A stretch of 64,000 nt of DNA from Nitrospinales bacterium (GTDB taxonomy: Bacteria > Nitrospinota > Nitrospinia > Nitrospinales > VA-1), in NCBI GenBank assembly GCA_965263085.1, contig OZ253582.1:925848-989847 (forward strand), in the 5' to 3' direction. A program made the position numbers and the translations under genes. The notes beneath the pieces are model-generated. The model was not told the origin of the DNA. It worked only from the letters and a program-made list of their open reading frames with translations, and searched no databases. The first letter of the stretch is position 1; every line of letters begins with the position of its first letter. Positions 9,421-20,369 of this stretch are shown here, piece by piece.

Positions 9421-11271
9421 TTAGGCAGAAGGCTCGGGTGGGTAGAGCTTGAAATACTTCTTGAATATTTTCCTGGCAATCGGTGCGGCAGTGGTCCCAC
9501 CATGACCTCCATGTTCAATGATAATGGCCATAACAATCTCAGGTTTTTCATAGGGCGCAAAAGCCACAAACCATGCATGGTCCCGATACCTGACAGGTAT
9601 GACCTCATCATTCTTTAACTCTTTATTGGATTTCATCCGCACAACCTGAGCCGTTCCGGTTTTTCCAGAAACAATTATATTTTTCAAGCGGGATTTTTTT
9701 CCTGTTCCTCGTGCACCGTTCACCACATCGCGTAGGGCCTCCCTGACCTGCTCCAAATGGTCGGGGGCCATCCCTAATTGGCCGACTATATTCGGGAAAA
9801 ATTCTTTCCGAATCTTTCCCTCCGGTTCTTCAATACGCTTTACCAGATAAGGCTTGAGCAGAATACCTCCATTAGCCACAGCAGCCATCATACTTGCCTG
9901 CTGCATAGGGGTCACTAAATTATAGCCCTGCCCAATGGATGCAGAAATAGTTTCACCTAACTGCCAAGGCTCCTTCTTGTTTAACAATTTCCACTGGGTT
10001 GTAGGAACCAGTCCTTTTTTTTCCTGGCCCAAACCCAGCTGTGTGGGTCTGCCCAGCCCAAAACGTTTTGCGTATTTCGCAATCGTATCGATGCCCAGAC
10101 GATGACCGATAGTATAAAAATAAACATCACAAGATTGTACCAGCGCGTCATGCAAATCCACCGAACCATGCCCGGATTTCTTCCAGCACCGATACCGGCC
10201 TCTGCCTAATTTAAAATACCCCGGACAAAAGATAGATGTATCTGGTTTAATAACTCCCTCTTCAAGGCCTGCAAGTGCTGTCACAATTTTGTAAGTAGAA
10301 GCTGGAGGATATTGACCCTGAATAGACCTATTCTGTAACGGGTGCCACTCATCAGTCACCAACGCACTCCAGTCCTGAGGAGTGATCCCCGCCGCAAACT
10401 TGTTGGGGTCGAAGGACGGATTGCTGTTCATTGCAATGATCTCCCCCGTCTGTGCCTTCATCACTACCACGGAACCATACATATTCTGGTCCACAGTTCC
10501 AACCATTAACTTTTCCAGTTCTCGCTGAATCCTTACATCCAAGGTAAGAATCAGGTTGTTCCCGCTTACTGGAGATAACTTGCGTAATGCTTTAAGCTCC
10601 CTGCCAGAAACATCCACCTCAACTGCTTTGTAGCCCTTTTCGCCTCGCAAAATAGGTTCATATATGTTCTCCAGGCCATTTTTCCCGACAAAATCCCCTT
10701 GCTTATACTTGGGATCCCGGCGACTTTCCAAGCTTGCCTTGGAAATCTCTCCCAGGTAACCCAGAGTGTGGGATGCCAGACTATTGAACACATAATTTCT
10801 CAAAGGCTCAGCCTTTATATGTATTCCGGGAAGACCCATATTATTCTCTTCTACAAAAGCCACTTCTTCCCGGGAAATATCTTTTTTTATTAGAACCTCT
10901 TTAAAAGATTTGCTCCGGGCCATTTCCTTTTTCAATTTTTCCCGGTCAAAGGAAATTTTTGGGAACAATCTGTTAAGAGAGGAATCTATATCCTTGGCAT
11001 CTTCAGGAGTTAAATACAGATTAAAAGCAGGTCGAATGCTAACTAAAGTTTCGCCGTTCCGATCCTTGATCATCCCTCGGTTTGCAGGCAGAGGCACCAT
11101 TCGAACCCGATTATTCTCTGAGAGCCTTGTCAGGTATTGCCATTTAAGAATCTGCAAATACCAGATACGCATCCACAGGCATAGGAATGCGACCACAGCA
11201 AGGATGGCAAAGACACGTATCTTCTTTTTGATCACCTCATTGGTTTCGGTACTATAACGAAACAGGGTCAT
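9421..11271 (-). CDS. mrdA: penicillin-binding protein 2 (elongasome transpeptidase)
   Basis: 616 aa, with an N-terminal TM anchor, SxxK (ASTYKIV) and KTGTAQ motifs. It lies directly downstream of mreBCD. Confidence 0.93.
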   Translation of the reverse strand: MTLFRYSTETNEVIKKKIRVFAILAVVAFLCLWMRIWYLQILKWQYLTRLSENNRVRMVPLPANRGMIKDRNGETLVSIRPAFNLYLTPEDAKDIDSSLNRLFPKISFDREKLKKEMARSKSFKEVLIKKDISREEVAFVEENNMGLPGIHIKAEPLRNYVFNSLASHTLGYLGEISKASLESRRDPKYKQGDFVGKNGLENIYEPILRGEKGYKAVEVDVSGRELKALRKLSPVSGNNLILTLDVRIQRELEKLMVGTVDQNMYGSVVVMKAQTGEIIAMNSNPSFDPNKFAAGITPQDWSALVTDEWHPLQNRSIQGQYPPASTYKIVTALAGLEEGVIKPDTSIFCPGYFKLGRGRYRCWKKSGHGSVDLHDALVQSCDVYFYTIGHRLGIDTIAKYAKRFGLGRPTQLGLGQEKKGLVPTTQWKLLNKKEPWQLGETISASIGQGYNLVTPMQQASMMAAVANGGILLKPYLVKRIEEPEGKIRKEFFPNIVGQLGMAPDHLEQVREALRDVVNGARGTGKKSRLKNIIVSGKTGTAQVVRMKSNKELKNDEVIPVRYRDHAWFVAFAPYEKPEIVMAIIIEHGGHGGTTAAPIARKIFKKYFKLYPPEPSA

Positions 11272-11810
11272 CTTTCCACCCTCGTATAAGGATTGGACAT
11301 TTTCGGTTGCAACCAGCCATTAATTTTATCTAGCGCCACAAACATCAAGGGACCTATCAATGCATTGTAAATGCTGTAAACGGGTAACGACTGATACAAA
11401 AAACTGGAAGTAACCTCCCCCTTCAGTATAGTTCCCATAGAGAAATAAAACACCAAGCCATCAAAAATCGAAGAAACAATGAGAAAAATCCCTATCGGTA
11501 TCATGCCTTCAACAAAAAACTTATCCTTAAGCGTAGAAAAAAAATAAGCAATCAGGCTTTTCGAGAGAGTGTTCACTCCCAACAGGCTCCCTGAAAGACT
11601 ATCCTGAGTAAGCCCCAGAGCAACCCCGGTTCCAAGCCCGCTTGTTCGAGAATACCGAACTCCGCAATAAACCACCCATATTAAGATCAGGTCTGGGGTA
11701 ACACCGCCAAAAGAAAAAAGCTCCAACCAGGTGGTCTGAGCAGAAAACAAAAAAACGGCAATCAGTATCTGCGAAAAATAATACATAGAAGACCTAAGGC
11801 AAAAGAACAA
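11268..11810 (-). CDS. mreD: rod shape-determining protein MreD
   Basis: 180 aa and polytopic hydrophobic. It sits between mreC and mrdA and overlaps both neighbours. Confidence 0.75.
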   Translation of the reverse strand: MFFCLRSSMYYFSQILIAVFLFSAQTTWLELFSFGGVTPDLILIWVVYCGVRYSRTSGLGTGVALGLTQDSLSGSLLGVNTLSKSLIAYFFSTLKDKFFVEGMIPIGIFLIVSSIFDGLVFYFSMGTILKGEVTSSFLYQSLPVYSIYNALIGPLMFVALDKINGWLQPKMSNPYTRVER

Positions 11811-12609
11811 GCACCTCTTCCAGATGCGACAAGTCTGAACTGGGAGTCAAGGTAATTTCCTGAAACAAACCCTGTTTCTTTTTAGAAACCTGCGAGACCT
11901 TCCCAATGATCAAGCCTTTGGGGAAAATTCCACCCAACCCTGAGGAAAGCACCGAATCTCCTATCTTGACATCCGCAGTGTTGGGCACAAATTTCAATTG
12001 GCACTCATCTTCCCCCATACCAACAACAACTCCCGACACTCGGTTTTCTTGAAACAAGGCATCCACAGCACTACGACCATCAACAATCAAAAGCACCTTT
12101 GACATATTAAGACCAGCGTGAATGATCTGCCCGATCACCCCAGAATCGGTAATCACGGCCAAGCGATCCCTTATCCCGTTTTGTGTCCCCTTATTAATAA
12201 CCACCACCTTTGACCATTGGGTGGCATCCCTGCCAATAACCGAGGCTACCACAGTTTTTTTCTTCCAATCGTCTTCATAAGCCATGAGTTTGGCAAGACG
12301 CTTTTGGCTAGCAAGACGCTCAATGAGTTCGTTTTTTTCGCTTATGAGACGCTGGATTTCAAGCTTTAGCAGGTCATTTTCCCTCGCCACATCGACAAGA
12401 AAAAAATAATGATTGGTGCTATCGGAGACAGACTGAATGGTTTGGGTAAAAAAACTCTGGAACGGGGCAATGACGACCCCAGCTACAGAGTCAAGAAAAC
12501 CGATGCCTTTCCCCCGTTTGACGTTCAAAGTCATCAACGCTAGGGAAAACAGCAGAATAGTAGAAACAAATACAATATTTTTTTTGCTTTTATTTCCCTT
12601 TTTGGGCAC
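11794..12609 (-). CDS. mreC: rod shape-determining protein MreC
   Basis: 271 aa with an N-terminal TM, a coiled-coil (ENDLLKLEIQRLISEKNEL), then beta-barrel repeats (GLGGIFPKGLIIGKV). Confidence 0.9.
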   Translation of the reverse strand: MPKKGNKSKKNIVFVSTILLFSLALMTLNVKRGKGIGFLDSVAGVVIAPFQSFFTQTIQSVSDSTNHYFFLVDVARENDLLKLEIQRLISEKNELIERLASQKRLAKLMAYEDDWKKKTVVASVIGRDATQWSKVVVINKGTQNGIRDRLAVITDSGVIGQIIHAGLNMSKVLLIVDGRSAVDALFQENRVSGVVVGMGEDECQLKFVPNTADVKIGDSVLSSGLGGIFPKGLIIGKVSQVSKKKQGLFQEITLTPSSDLSHLEEVLVLLP

Positions 12610-12611
12610 TG

Positions 12612-13634
<1,023 letters not shown>

Positions 13635-13898
13635 TCAGATCCTCTCTTGCAGATTTCATAAGTTTACGTAACTTCTTGTTTTTCCTTAGATTAATTTATA
13701 GCAAAGGGGCATATAAAATGCAAGACAAATCCCGGTGTGCGCTAGTCGCACCCTTATCATTTGAATCAGGCACCATCACAGATAACCAGAATTCATTAAA
13801 TAAAGCATCATCACTCACTCATTAATAATAGCTTGCGATTTTCTTGCGTGTTTTATAGTATGGGCTTCTTCGTCAACCGAGAACCGAGAGAAACATCT

Positions 13899-15830
13899 AT
13901 GCTGAGCACAATTCGAGAACATGCTGACTCCTGGCTGATTAAAGCCATTCTGTGGCTTATCATTCTGGCTTTTGTAGGAACTATTTTCTATTCATGGGGA
14001 ATGGGAAGCGCTTCCAACTCCGGAGGTAGGGTCATAGCAACTGTTGAAGGAGAAAATATCTACCAGGGCGAATATGAACACACCTTTAATAATCTTGTGA
14101 ATTTTTACCGGCAACAATTCAAGAACCAGTTTTCTGATAAAATGATCAAAAAGCTCGACCTGAAAACACAGGCTCTGGAAGCTTTAATCCAGAAAAAATT
14201 ATTATTGCAGGAGGCCGAGAAACAGAACTTGAGAGTCAGCAATGCAGAACTGATTTCTCATATCCAAGGTTTGGAAATATTCAAAAGTGACAAAAAATTC
14301 AGCGAAAAGTCTTATCGCAATTATCTTCAGTTTCAACGGGTCACGCCTTCTGAATTTGAAGACAGCCAGCGCGAGAACCTAGTCTTAAACAAGTTGGAGA
14401 AATTGTTCAGAACCGGTTCCAAGGTTTCACAAAGCGAAATCCATGAAGCCTTCATTAACGAGAAAGAAAAAGCTAAGCTGGACTATGTTCAGTTTAACAA
14501 CGATCACTTTCAGGTTGAAAAAACTTTTTCGGACCAGGAACTCAAAGATTTTTTCGAAACCAACAAAAAGCAGTTTGAGATATCACCCCAAATCAAGATT
14601 GAATATGTAAAAATCGAACCCAAGACCTATCTTGCAGAAATCGAACCTCGGGATGAAGACATCCAAAACTATTACCAAACCAAGATTGCTGATTTTCGCG
14701 TCAAGAAAATGTACCGCGCCAGCCACATACTTTTCCATATAAAACTATCAGAAATTGAAGGAGATGCTTCTCCAGAGGAAAAGCAGAAACAGGCGGAAGA
14801 GAAAGCAAAAGCCCGTGCTATTGAACTTCTGGAAAAGATTAAAGCCGGTGCCGACTTTAGGGAAATCGCGAAAAAGCATTCCGATGATCCTGGCTCCGGG
14901 TCTCAGGGAGGGAGCCTTGGAGAGTTTCCTAAAGGAACTATGGTAACCGCTTTTGAGTCCTCCTTGGATAAGTTGAAAGTTGGTGAAATCAGTGAACCCG
15001 TTTTAACCCCTTTTGGCTACCATATTATCAAGCTGGAAGGGCTGGAAGAGGAGCGGTTCAAACCGTTGGAAGAAGCCCGTGAAAGAGTCATTAAATCCCT
15101 GAAGGATATCAAGGCCCGGCAAAGAATTAGAAGAACAGCAAGACGTATTCACCAAGAAGCGGGAAAAGACGGTAATCTAAAATCTGCTGCTGAAAAAAAT
15201 CAGGCCCAAACAACCATCACCGATTTTTTCTCCAGAGAGAACCACAATCTCCCAGAGATAAGCAGCAATCCTCAATTCTTTAACACCGCCTTTGTCCTAG
15301 AAGAAAACAAGGTCAGCCAACCTATACACACTCAAGAAGCGTCTTTCATTTTAAAACTTGCTGGCAGTAAGGAAGCCTATACTCCAAAATTTGAAGAAGT
15401 CAGAAAACTTGTCGAACAGGCTCTAGCCGAACGCGTCAATGAGGAGAAAACCTCCTCCAAGTTCAAGGAACTTAAACAAAAGCTCACACAAGAAAAGGAC
15501 CTAGAAAAAGTCATCAAAGGGCTGGGCTTGAGCGTCCAGCATACGCCGTTCTTCAGCATGGAAGATTCTATTCCAGGGATCGGCAACATCAGGGAAATCA
15601 AGGGAAAAGCTCTGACGATGAAAGTGGGAGACACTTCCTCCGCTAAAGTAAGAAACCGTTTTTACCTGTTTAAACGGGTAGAAAAAGAAGCCAGCGGCGA
15701 ACCCGACAAAGAACAAACCAAAAAAATAATCCAGCGCATCAAACAGGAAAAAAATCGCCAAACATTTCAGGAGTGGGTGGAAAACCTGAAAGCTCGGGCA
15801 AAAATCATGATCGACAAGACTCTGATGTGA
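13899..15830 (+). CDS. ppiD: periplasmic chaperone / parvulin-type peptidyl-prolyl isomerase (PpiD-like)
   Basis: ATG at 13899 lies after GAGAG. It has a TM anchor (WLIKAILWLIILAFVGTIFY), a SurA-N-like region and a parvulin core (ASHILF...GGSLGEFPKG...FGYHIIKL). The listed start 13833 adds 22 unlikely residues. Confidence 0.8.
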   Translation: MLSTIREHADSWLIKAILWLIILAFVGTIFYSWGMGSASNSGGRVIATVEGENIYQGEYEHTFNNLVNFYRQQFKNQFSDKMIKKLDLKTQALEALIQKKLLLQEAEKQNLRVSNAELISHIQGLEIFKSDKKFSEKSYRNYLQFQRVTPSEFEDSQRENLVLNKLEKLFRTGSKVSQSEIHEAFINEKEKAKLDYVQFNNDHFQVEKTFSDQELKDFFETNKKQFEISPQIKIEYVKIEPKTYLAEIEPRDEDIQNYYQTKIADFRVKKMYRASHILFHIKLSEIEGDASPEEKQKQAEEKAKARAIELLEKIKAGADFREIAKKHSDDPGSGSQGGSLGEFPKGTMVTAFESSLDKLKVGEISEPVLTPFGYHIIKLEGLEEERFKPLEEARERVIKSLKDIKARQRIRRTARRIHQEAGKDGNLKSAAEKNQAQTTITDFFSRENHNLPEISSNPQFFNTAFVLEENKVSQPIHTQEASFILKLAGSKEAYTPKFEEVRKLVEQALAERVNEEKTSSKFKELKQKLTQEKDLEKVIKGLGLSVQHTPFFSMEDSIPGIGNIREIKGKALTMKVGDTSSAKVRNRFYLFKRVEKEASGEPDKEQTKKIIQRIKQEKNRQTFQEWVENLKARAKIMIDKTLM

Positions 15831-15838
15831 TTTCGAGC

Positions 15839-17197
15839 TTAGAACATTTTCTTATACATCCGGTGAATTTTAAGAACTTTTCTTATCAATGACTCAATAT
15901 CCTCGGCAATAACCCGAATCATTTCTTCCTTTCTTATCCCTCCCAGATCATAAATGATGTCCGGCACTGAGCCATAATCCGTAAGCGCTTTTTGAGTGCC
16001 CCATTCCAAAGAAGACCCTTCCCGAACTCTTATATTTTCAGGTTCATCGACCCTGTCAAAAGAAGCAATCTTGAATCGCAAGCGTTGACATATTTTTAAT
16101 AGCACGTCTGTATATTTGATATTCATGACAGCGCGTTTTTCCGGGTCATGACGCATAACCGTCAAAACAATATTGGCAACATGCAGGGAACCTCCAAACT
16201 CAGGTTCGGCACCAGTAAAAATATCCTCCCCATTTTTTATAATGCGCCCTGGTATGGCGAGAACATCCTCATGGTTTTTGGCATTTTTTAACGCCAACCC
16301 AATATTGGTTTGGACCTCTGGAACCAATGACCCAATTCTTTCTTCCTGGAATATCCTGATCGCTCGGTTCATTTCTTCTACCGCTTGGGCTTTTTCATTT
16401 TCTCTGTACAACAAGGATAACGGTTCAACACTGGCCTTACCCTTTCCAGAAATCACTTCTCCACGAATGGCCTGCCCAATAAAACTCTTGGCCTCTATTA
16501 CCGCCGGCAAAACCTGTCTGCCCAAAGCCAACCCAGCGGTAATCGCTGATGAAAAAACACAACCTGTTCCATGGGGGTCTGATTCCGACAACCGCTCTGA
16601 ACTTAAAACCTCCATGCCATTATTATCCAGAAATAGATCTTCTGGTTTTCCCTTCAGATGCCCACCCGTGAGCACCACCGCCCGCACTCCCAATTTAAGA
16701 ATTTCGCGTGCTGCGCGTTTCCTATCCACAGGCCGACGGATTTTTATTCCTGACAATATTTCGGCTTCTCTGATATTCGGGGTCACAAGATGTGCTAGAG
16801 GGAACAAATGCTCCTTCATCATCTCCATCCCAGATGAGGTGAGCAGTTTTTCCCCTGAAGAAGAAAAAATGACGGGATCAACAACTAGGTTTTTTGCCCG
16901 GTACCGTTTGAGCAAGGTGGCAACCCGATTGACGGTCTGTTTATTGCCCAGCATACCTGTTTTTATGGCCTGGCACTTGCTATCCTCAAAAATGGATCTA
17001 AGCTGGCTTTCCACAACGTCAACTGGCAAATCATCGACGGCCTGAACCCCTATGGAATTCTGGGAAGTGATGGAAGTGATCACGGTTTTGCCGCACACCC
17101 CAAAGGCGGAAAATGTTTTAAGGTCGGCCTGAATACCTGCACCCCCTCCGGAATCCGACCCGGCTATCGTCAAAGCTACTGCGGTTTTTTCAGACAT
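15839..17197 (-). CDS. thiDN: ThiD-ThiN fusion: HMP/HMP-P kinase fused to ThiN-type thiamine-phosphate synthase domain
   Basis: 452 aa. The N-terminal about 265 aa are ThiD (TIAGSDSGGGAGIQADLKT, GTGC). The C-terminal about 180 aa (LVPEVQTNIGLA...GGSLHVANIVL...SLEWGT) resemble the archaeal ThiN domain. Confidence 0.8.
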   Translation of the reverse strand: MSEKTAVALTIAGSDSGGGAGIQADLKTFSAFGVCGKTVITSITSQNSIGVQAVDDLPVDVVESQLRSIFEDSKCQAIKTGMLGNKQTVNRVATLLKRYRAKNLVVDPVIFSSSGEKLLTSSGMEMMKEHLFPLAHLVTPNIREAEILSGIKIRRPVDRKRAAREILKLGVRAVVLTGGHLKGKPEDLFLDNNGMEVLSSERLSESDPHGTGCVFSSAITAGLALGRQVLPAVIEAKSFIGQAIRGEVISGKGKASVEPLSLLYRENEKAQAVEEMNRAIRIFQEERIGSLVPEVQTNIGLALKNAKNHEDVLAIPGRIIKNGEDIFTGAEPEFGGSLHVANIVLTVMRHDPEKRAVMNIKYTDVLLKICQRLRFKIASFDRVDEPENIRVREGSSLEWGTQKALTDYGSVPDIIYDLGGIRKEEMIRVIAEDIESLIRKVLKIHRMYKKMF

Positions 17198-17283
17198 AAA
17201 TCAATCTCTTTAATGTAGGAAAGTAAGGAGGGTTTAATGTAACAGACCGTCTTGAAACCTGGTAATTAAATATTGAAAATCAT

Positions 17284-19104
17284 TCAGGCAACGGTAACAG
17301 ATTTGGCAAGAAACCGAGGTTTGTCTATATCGCGCTTCAAGGAGGTGGCAGTAAAATATGCAAATAACTGGCCAATCACTAATTGAGCAAGGGGTGCCGT
17401 CAAAGAAGGCATTTTTGGAAGGATCAATTCTTCACTATATAAGTCCTGGTTTTTTGCCCGCTCACTGAAATGAATTCCCAGAACAAAACCTGACCGTGCA
17501 CGAATTTCCTCTATACTGTGCATGGTAGATTCATAGAGCGCCTTATCTTCAGGCGGCGGGACAAACACGATTGAAGACACCTCGTCATCAATCATAGCCA
17601 GAGTTCCGTGCTTCAAAAACCCTCCGGGCATTCCTTCTGCATGGACGTAGGCAACCTCTTTCATTTTTAAAGCTGCTTCCAGAGCAATGGGATAATAAAC
17701 TCCCCGACCTAAATAGAGCCAGTTGCGGACCCCTGAATATTTATGGGCAAGGCGATGGATAAAACCGGACCGCTCGTTCAAAATTCCCTGAATAATTTCA
17801 GGGAGCTCCCGCAAGGCCTGCAGGTGCTGATTATAAGTTTTTCGGTTGATCACTTTCTTTTTTAAGGCAAGCTTCATAGCCAACACAGTGAGTATCACCA
17901 TTTGTGACAATGCGGCTTTGGTGCTAATCACACAGACTTCAGGTCCTGATCCTTGGAGAACCACTTTATCAACCAGCCTGGCGATGGAAGAGCCCGTGAC
18001 ATTGACAATCGCTGTTGTACGGGCTCCCTTGGATTTGGCATACTTCAACGCCGACAAAGTGTCAAAGGTCTCACCGGATTGCGAAGCAGAAAAAACCAGA
18101 GACTGCTTATTAACATTAGCCAATGCCAGAAATTCATCGGAACTGATGGAAGGGAAAAACTCCTTCGCCAACTGTGAAAAAATATATTTGGCATATTTGG
18201 CAACGTAAAAAGTAGTTCCCACACCCAGTAAATAAGAGTTCTTCGATTTCGCGAACAAATTAACCACCTCATCCAGTCCTGAGACTTCCAGATTCAATGC
18301 ATTGGAAATGGTTTTGGGCTGCTCATAAATTTCCTTGAGCATATAATGGGGATAGCCTTCCTTTTTGGAAGTCTCGCTGTCCCATTCAATTCTAGTGATG
18401 GGTTTTGTGATTTCGTCTTCGCTCAAAAGACTTTTCACAACATAAGTATCTCGAGAAACAATGGCATACTCCCCATCATCTAAAATCACGGCATTTTTGG
18501 TATGGTCAATGAAAGCGTTAAAATCAGAACCAATAAATTTAACCTCATCACCGATGCCCAGCATCAGAGGTGACTCATTTTTCGCGCAAAAAATCTGACT
18601 GGGGAGATAGGAAGAAATAAACACTATTGCGTAGGCTCCTTCAATGAGGCGCAATACCTTCAAAAAGGCTTTTTCCACATTACGGCTGCGCTTATAAAAC
18701 TTCTCCAAAAGATGGGCGAGAATTTCAGTATCGGTTTCAGATGAGAACTTAAAACCTTCTTTTTGCAACTGGTCTCTCAAAGAGCGATAATTGGAAATGA
18801 TCCCATTATGAACTACCGCAAAATTACCGTCGGTGGAAGTAAAAGGATGAGCATTGTTCTGCGTCACTTTTCCGTGCGTGGCCCAGCGCGTATGGGCGAT
18901 CCCTATCTTGCTTTTCTGTTGCAGCACATTGTGTTTGCAATAAAACTCTTCCACTCCTCCAATATCTTTCTTAATGATGAGCCGTGCTTTGTTCATCATA
19001 GCAACGCCGCAAGAGTCATAGCCTCTGTATTCCAGGTTCCTGATCCCTTCAAAGAGAAGCTCTGATATATTTTTTAATCCGACAACCCCACTGATTCCAC
19101 ACAT
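17284..19104 (-). CDS. glmS: glutamine--fructose-6-phosphate aminotransferase
   Basis: 606 aa, with the N-terminal MCGI nucleophile, two SIS domains, and a C-terminal ...KSVTVA resembling the canonical KSVTVE. Confidence 0.97.
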   Translation of the reverse strand: MCGISGVVGLKNISELLFEGIRNLEYRGYDSCGVAMMNKARLIIKKDIGGVEEFYCKHNVLQQKSKIGIAHTRWATHGKVTQNNAHPFTSTDGNFAVVHNGIISNYRSLRDQLQKEGFKFSSETDTEILAHLLEKFYKRSRNVEKAFLKVLRLIEGAYAIVFISSYLPSQIFCAKNESPLMLGIGDEVKFIGSDFNAFIDHTKNAVILDDGEYAIVSRDTYVVKSLLSEDEITKPITRIEWDSETSKKEGYPHYMLKEIYEQPKTISNALNLEVSGLDEVVNLFAKSKNSYLLGVGTTFYVAKYAKYIFSQLAKEFFPSISSDEFLALANVNKQSLVFSASQSGETFDTLSALKYAKSKGARTTAIVNVTGSSIARLVDKVVLQGSGPEVCVISTKAALSQMVILTVLAMKLALKKKVINRKTYNQHLQALRELPEIIQGILNERSGFIHRLAHKYSGVRNWLYLGRGVYYPIALEAALKMKEVAYVHAEGMPGGFLKHGTLAMIDDEVSSIVFVPPPEDKALYESTMHSIEEIRARSGFVLGIHFSERAKNQDLYSEELILPKMPSLTAPLAQLVIGQLFAYFTATSLKRDIDKPRFLAKSVTVA

Positions 19105-19120
19105 ACTTATTTTCGACCTG

Positions 19121-20326
19121 TTAGTTTTGTTTTACGGAGTAACAAGCGGGAAGAATTTTCCCAGGGGCAACAATCGTTCCAGGTTGCAGGGTGTTTCCGG
19201 CCCCCACAATAACCCCATCACCCAAAAAAGAGCCAAGTTTTTCCATTCCAGTTGCCATTTGCCGCTTCCCGTTTTTCACAGAAATCGGTTTCCAGTCTAT
19301 GTTCCGGTTCACGGTCATGCATCCTGCCCCCATATCTATATTTTCACCCAGTACACTGTCGCCGACAAAAGAGAGCCGACCTATCTGGGTGTTATCCATC
19401 ACTACACAGTTTTTTAATTCCACACCGCTACCCACCGAACAGTTTTTCCCAACAGAGACATAGCTCCTGAGAAGGGAGTTGTTGCCGATGTAACTTCCCT
19501 CTCCTATCCAACAGGGCCCTTCCAATACAGCGCCGGATTTAATGATCGCCCCTGCCTCGACATGAACAATCCCCTGCTGGGTTACATTGGCTTCCAACGT
19601 CGCGGTTTTGGCGACGGAAGTTTCCTGCCATGAGTCCATGATCATCTTATTTCCTGTCAGAATTTCCCATGGGTAAACCACATCCAGCCATTCATCTTCC
19701 CACATGGAAGCATTCAGCCCCTCTCCCACCACCACTTTCTTCAACGCCTTCTCCATGGAATTTCCTGAAGACTCCAGTAGCTTGAAAAAAGAAGCCGGCA
19801 ATATAAATACTCCGGACAGAACATAATTCCCAAAATTATTGCCTTTGGGTTTCTCGATAATTTTAGTGATTTTCATGCGCGCATTCAGAAAAACGTTGCC
19901 AAACATCTGGTTGGAAGGCGGCAAACATATAGAAGCCACTGGACATTTAAATAAATGAAAAGATTGTTGGATTTTGCTAAAAATATTACCCGCCGTCAGG
20001 GTATCCCCATACGCAAGCAGGAAATACTCACCTGGGAGTATTTTATTTTTAACCTGCATCACCGCATGCCCGATTCCAAGCTTGCGTTTTTGCTCCACGT
20101 GATGCAGATTCATACCATTGTGATCCTGCTGCTGTAACTGTTCAATTAACTTCTCTTTCTTATGTCCAGTCACCACAAAGATGTCGTTAATTCCTGAGCT
20201 TTTAAGCAAACCTACGGTATTGTCCAACAAAGTACGCCCCGCAACTCTAATCATGGAGATAGGACGGGTTTCTGAAAATGGGCTGAGATGGGTGCCTTCA
20301 CCTGCGGCAAGAATTATGGCTTTCAT
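19121..20326 (-). CDS. archaeal-type bifunctional sugar-1-phosphate nucleotidylyltransferase / acetyltransferase (ST0452 / archaeal GlmU-like)
   Basis: 401 aa. It has an N-terminal NTP-transferase fold (MKAIILAAGEGTHL) and a C-terminal left-handed beta-helix with hexapeptide repeats (IGNNSLL.., VGSGVEL.., IGRLSFVGDSVLGENIDMGAG). Confidence 0.8.
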   Translation of the reverse strand: MKAIILAAGEGTHLSPFSETRPISMIRVAGRTLLDNTVGLLKSSGINDIFVVTGHKKEKLIEQLQQQDHNGMNLHHVEQKRKLGIGHAVMQVKNKILPGEYFLLAYGDTLTAGNIFSKIQQSFHLFKCPVASICLPPSNQMFGNVFLNARMKITKIIEKPKGNNFGNYVLSGVFILPASFFKLLESSGNSMEKALKKVVVGEGLNASMWEDEWLDVVYPWEILTGNKMIMDSWQETSVAKTATLEANVTQQGIVHVEAGAIIKSGAVLEGPCWIGEGSYIGNNSLLRSYVSVGKNCSVGSGVELKNCVVMDNTQIGRLSFVGDSVLGENIDMGAGCMTVNRNIDWKPISVKNGKRQMATGMEKLGSFLGDGVIVGAGNTLQPGTIVAPGKILPACYSVKQN

Positions 20327-20369
20327 TTGAGAAAATCCTGATTGGGAAAGATAAAGTTAGCTACGAAGG

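Noticed and set aside
16173-17045. 290-aa plus-strand ORF antisense to thiDN
   Set aside because: It lies entirely inside a well-supported gene on the other strand. Its composition is Ser/Pro/Arg/Thr-rich and low in complexity, and it has no motif. This is a typical shadow ORF.
17198-17283. TPP riboswitch upstream of thiDN
   Set aside because: The 86-nt spacer lacks the conserved CUGAGA / ACCUGAUCUGGAUAAUGCCAGCG-type elements. The gene is probably read through from glmS.
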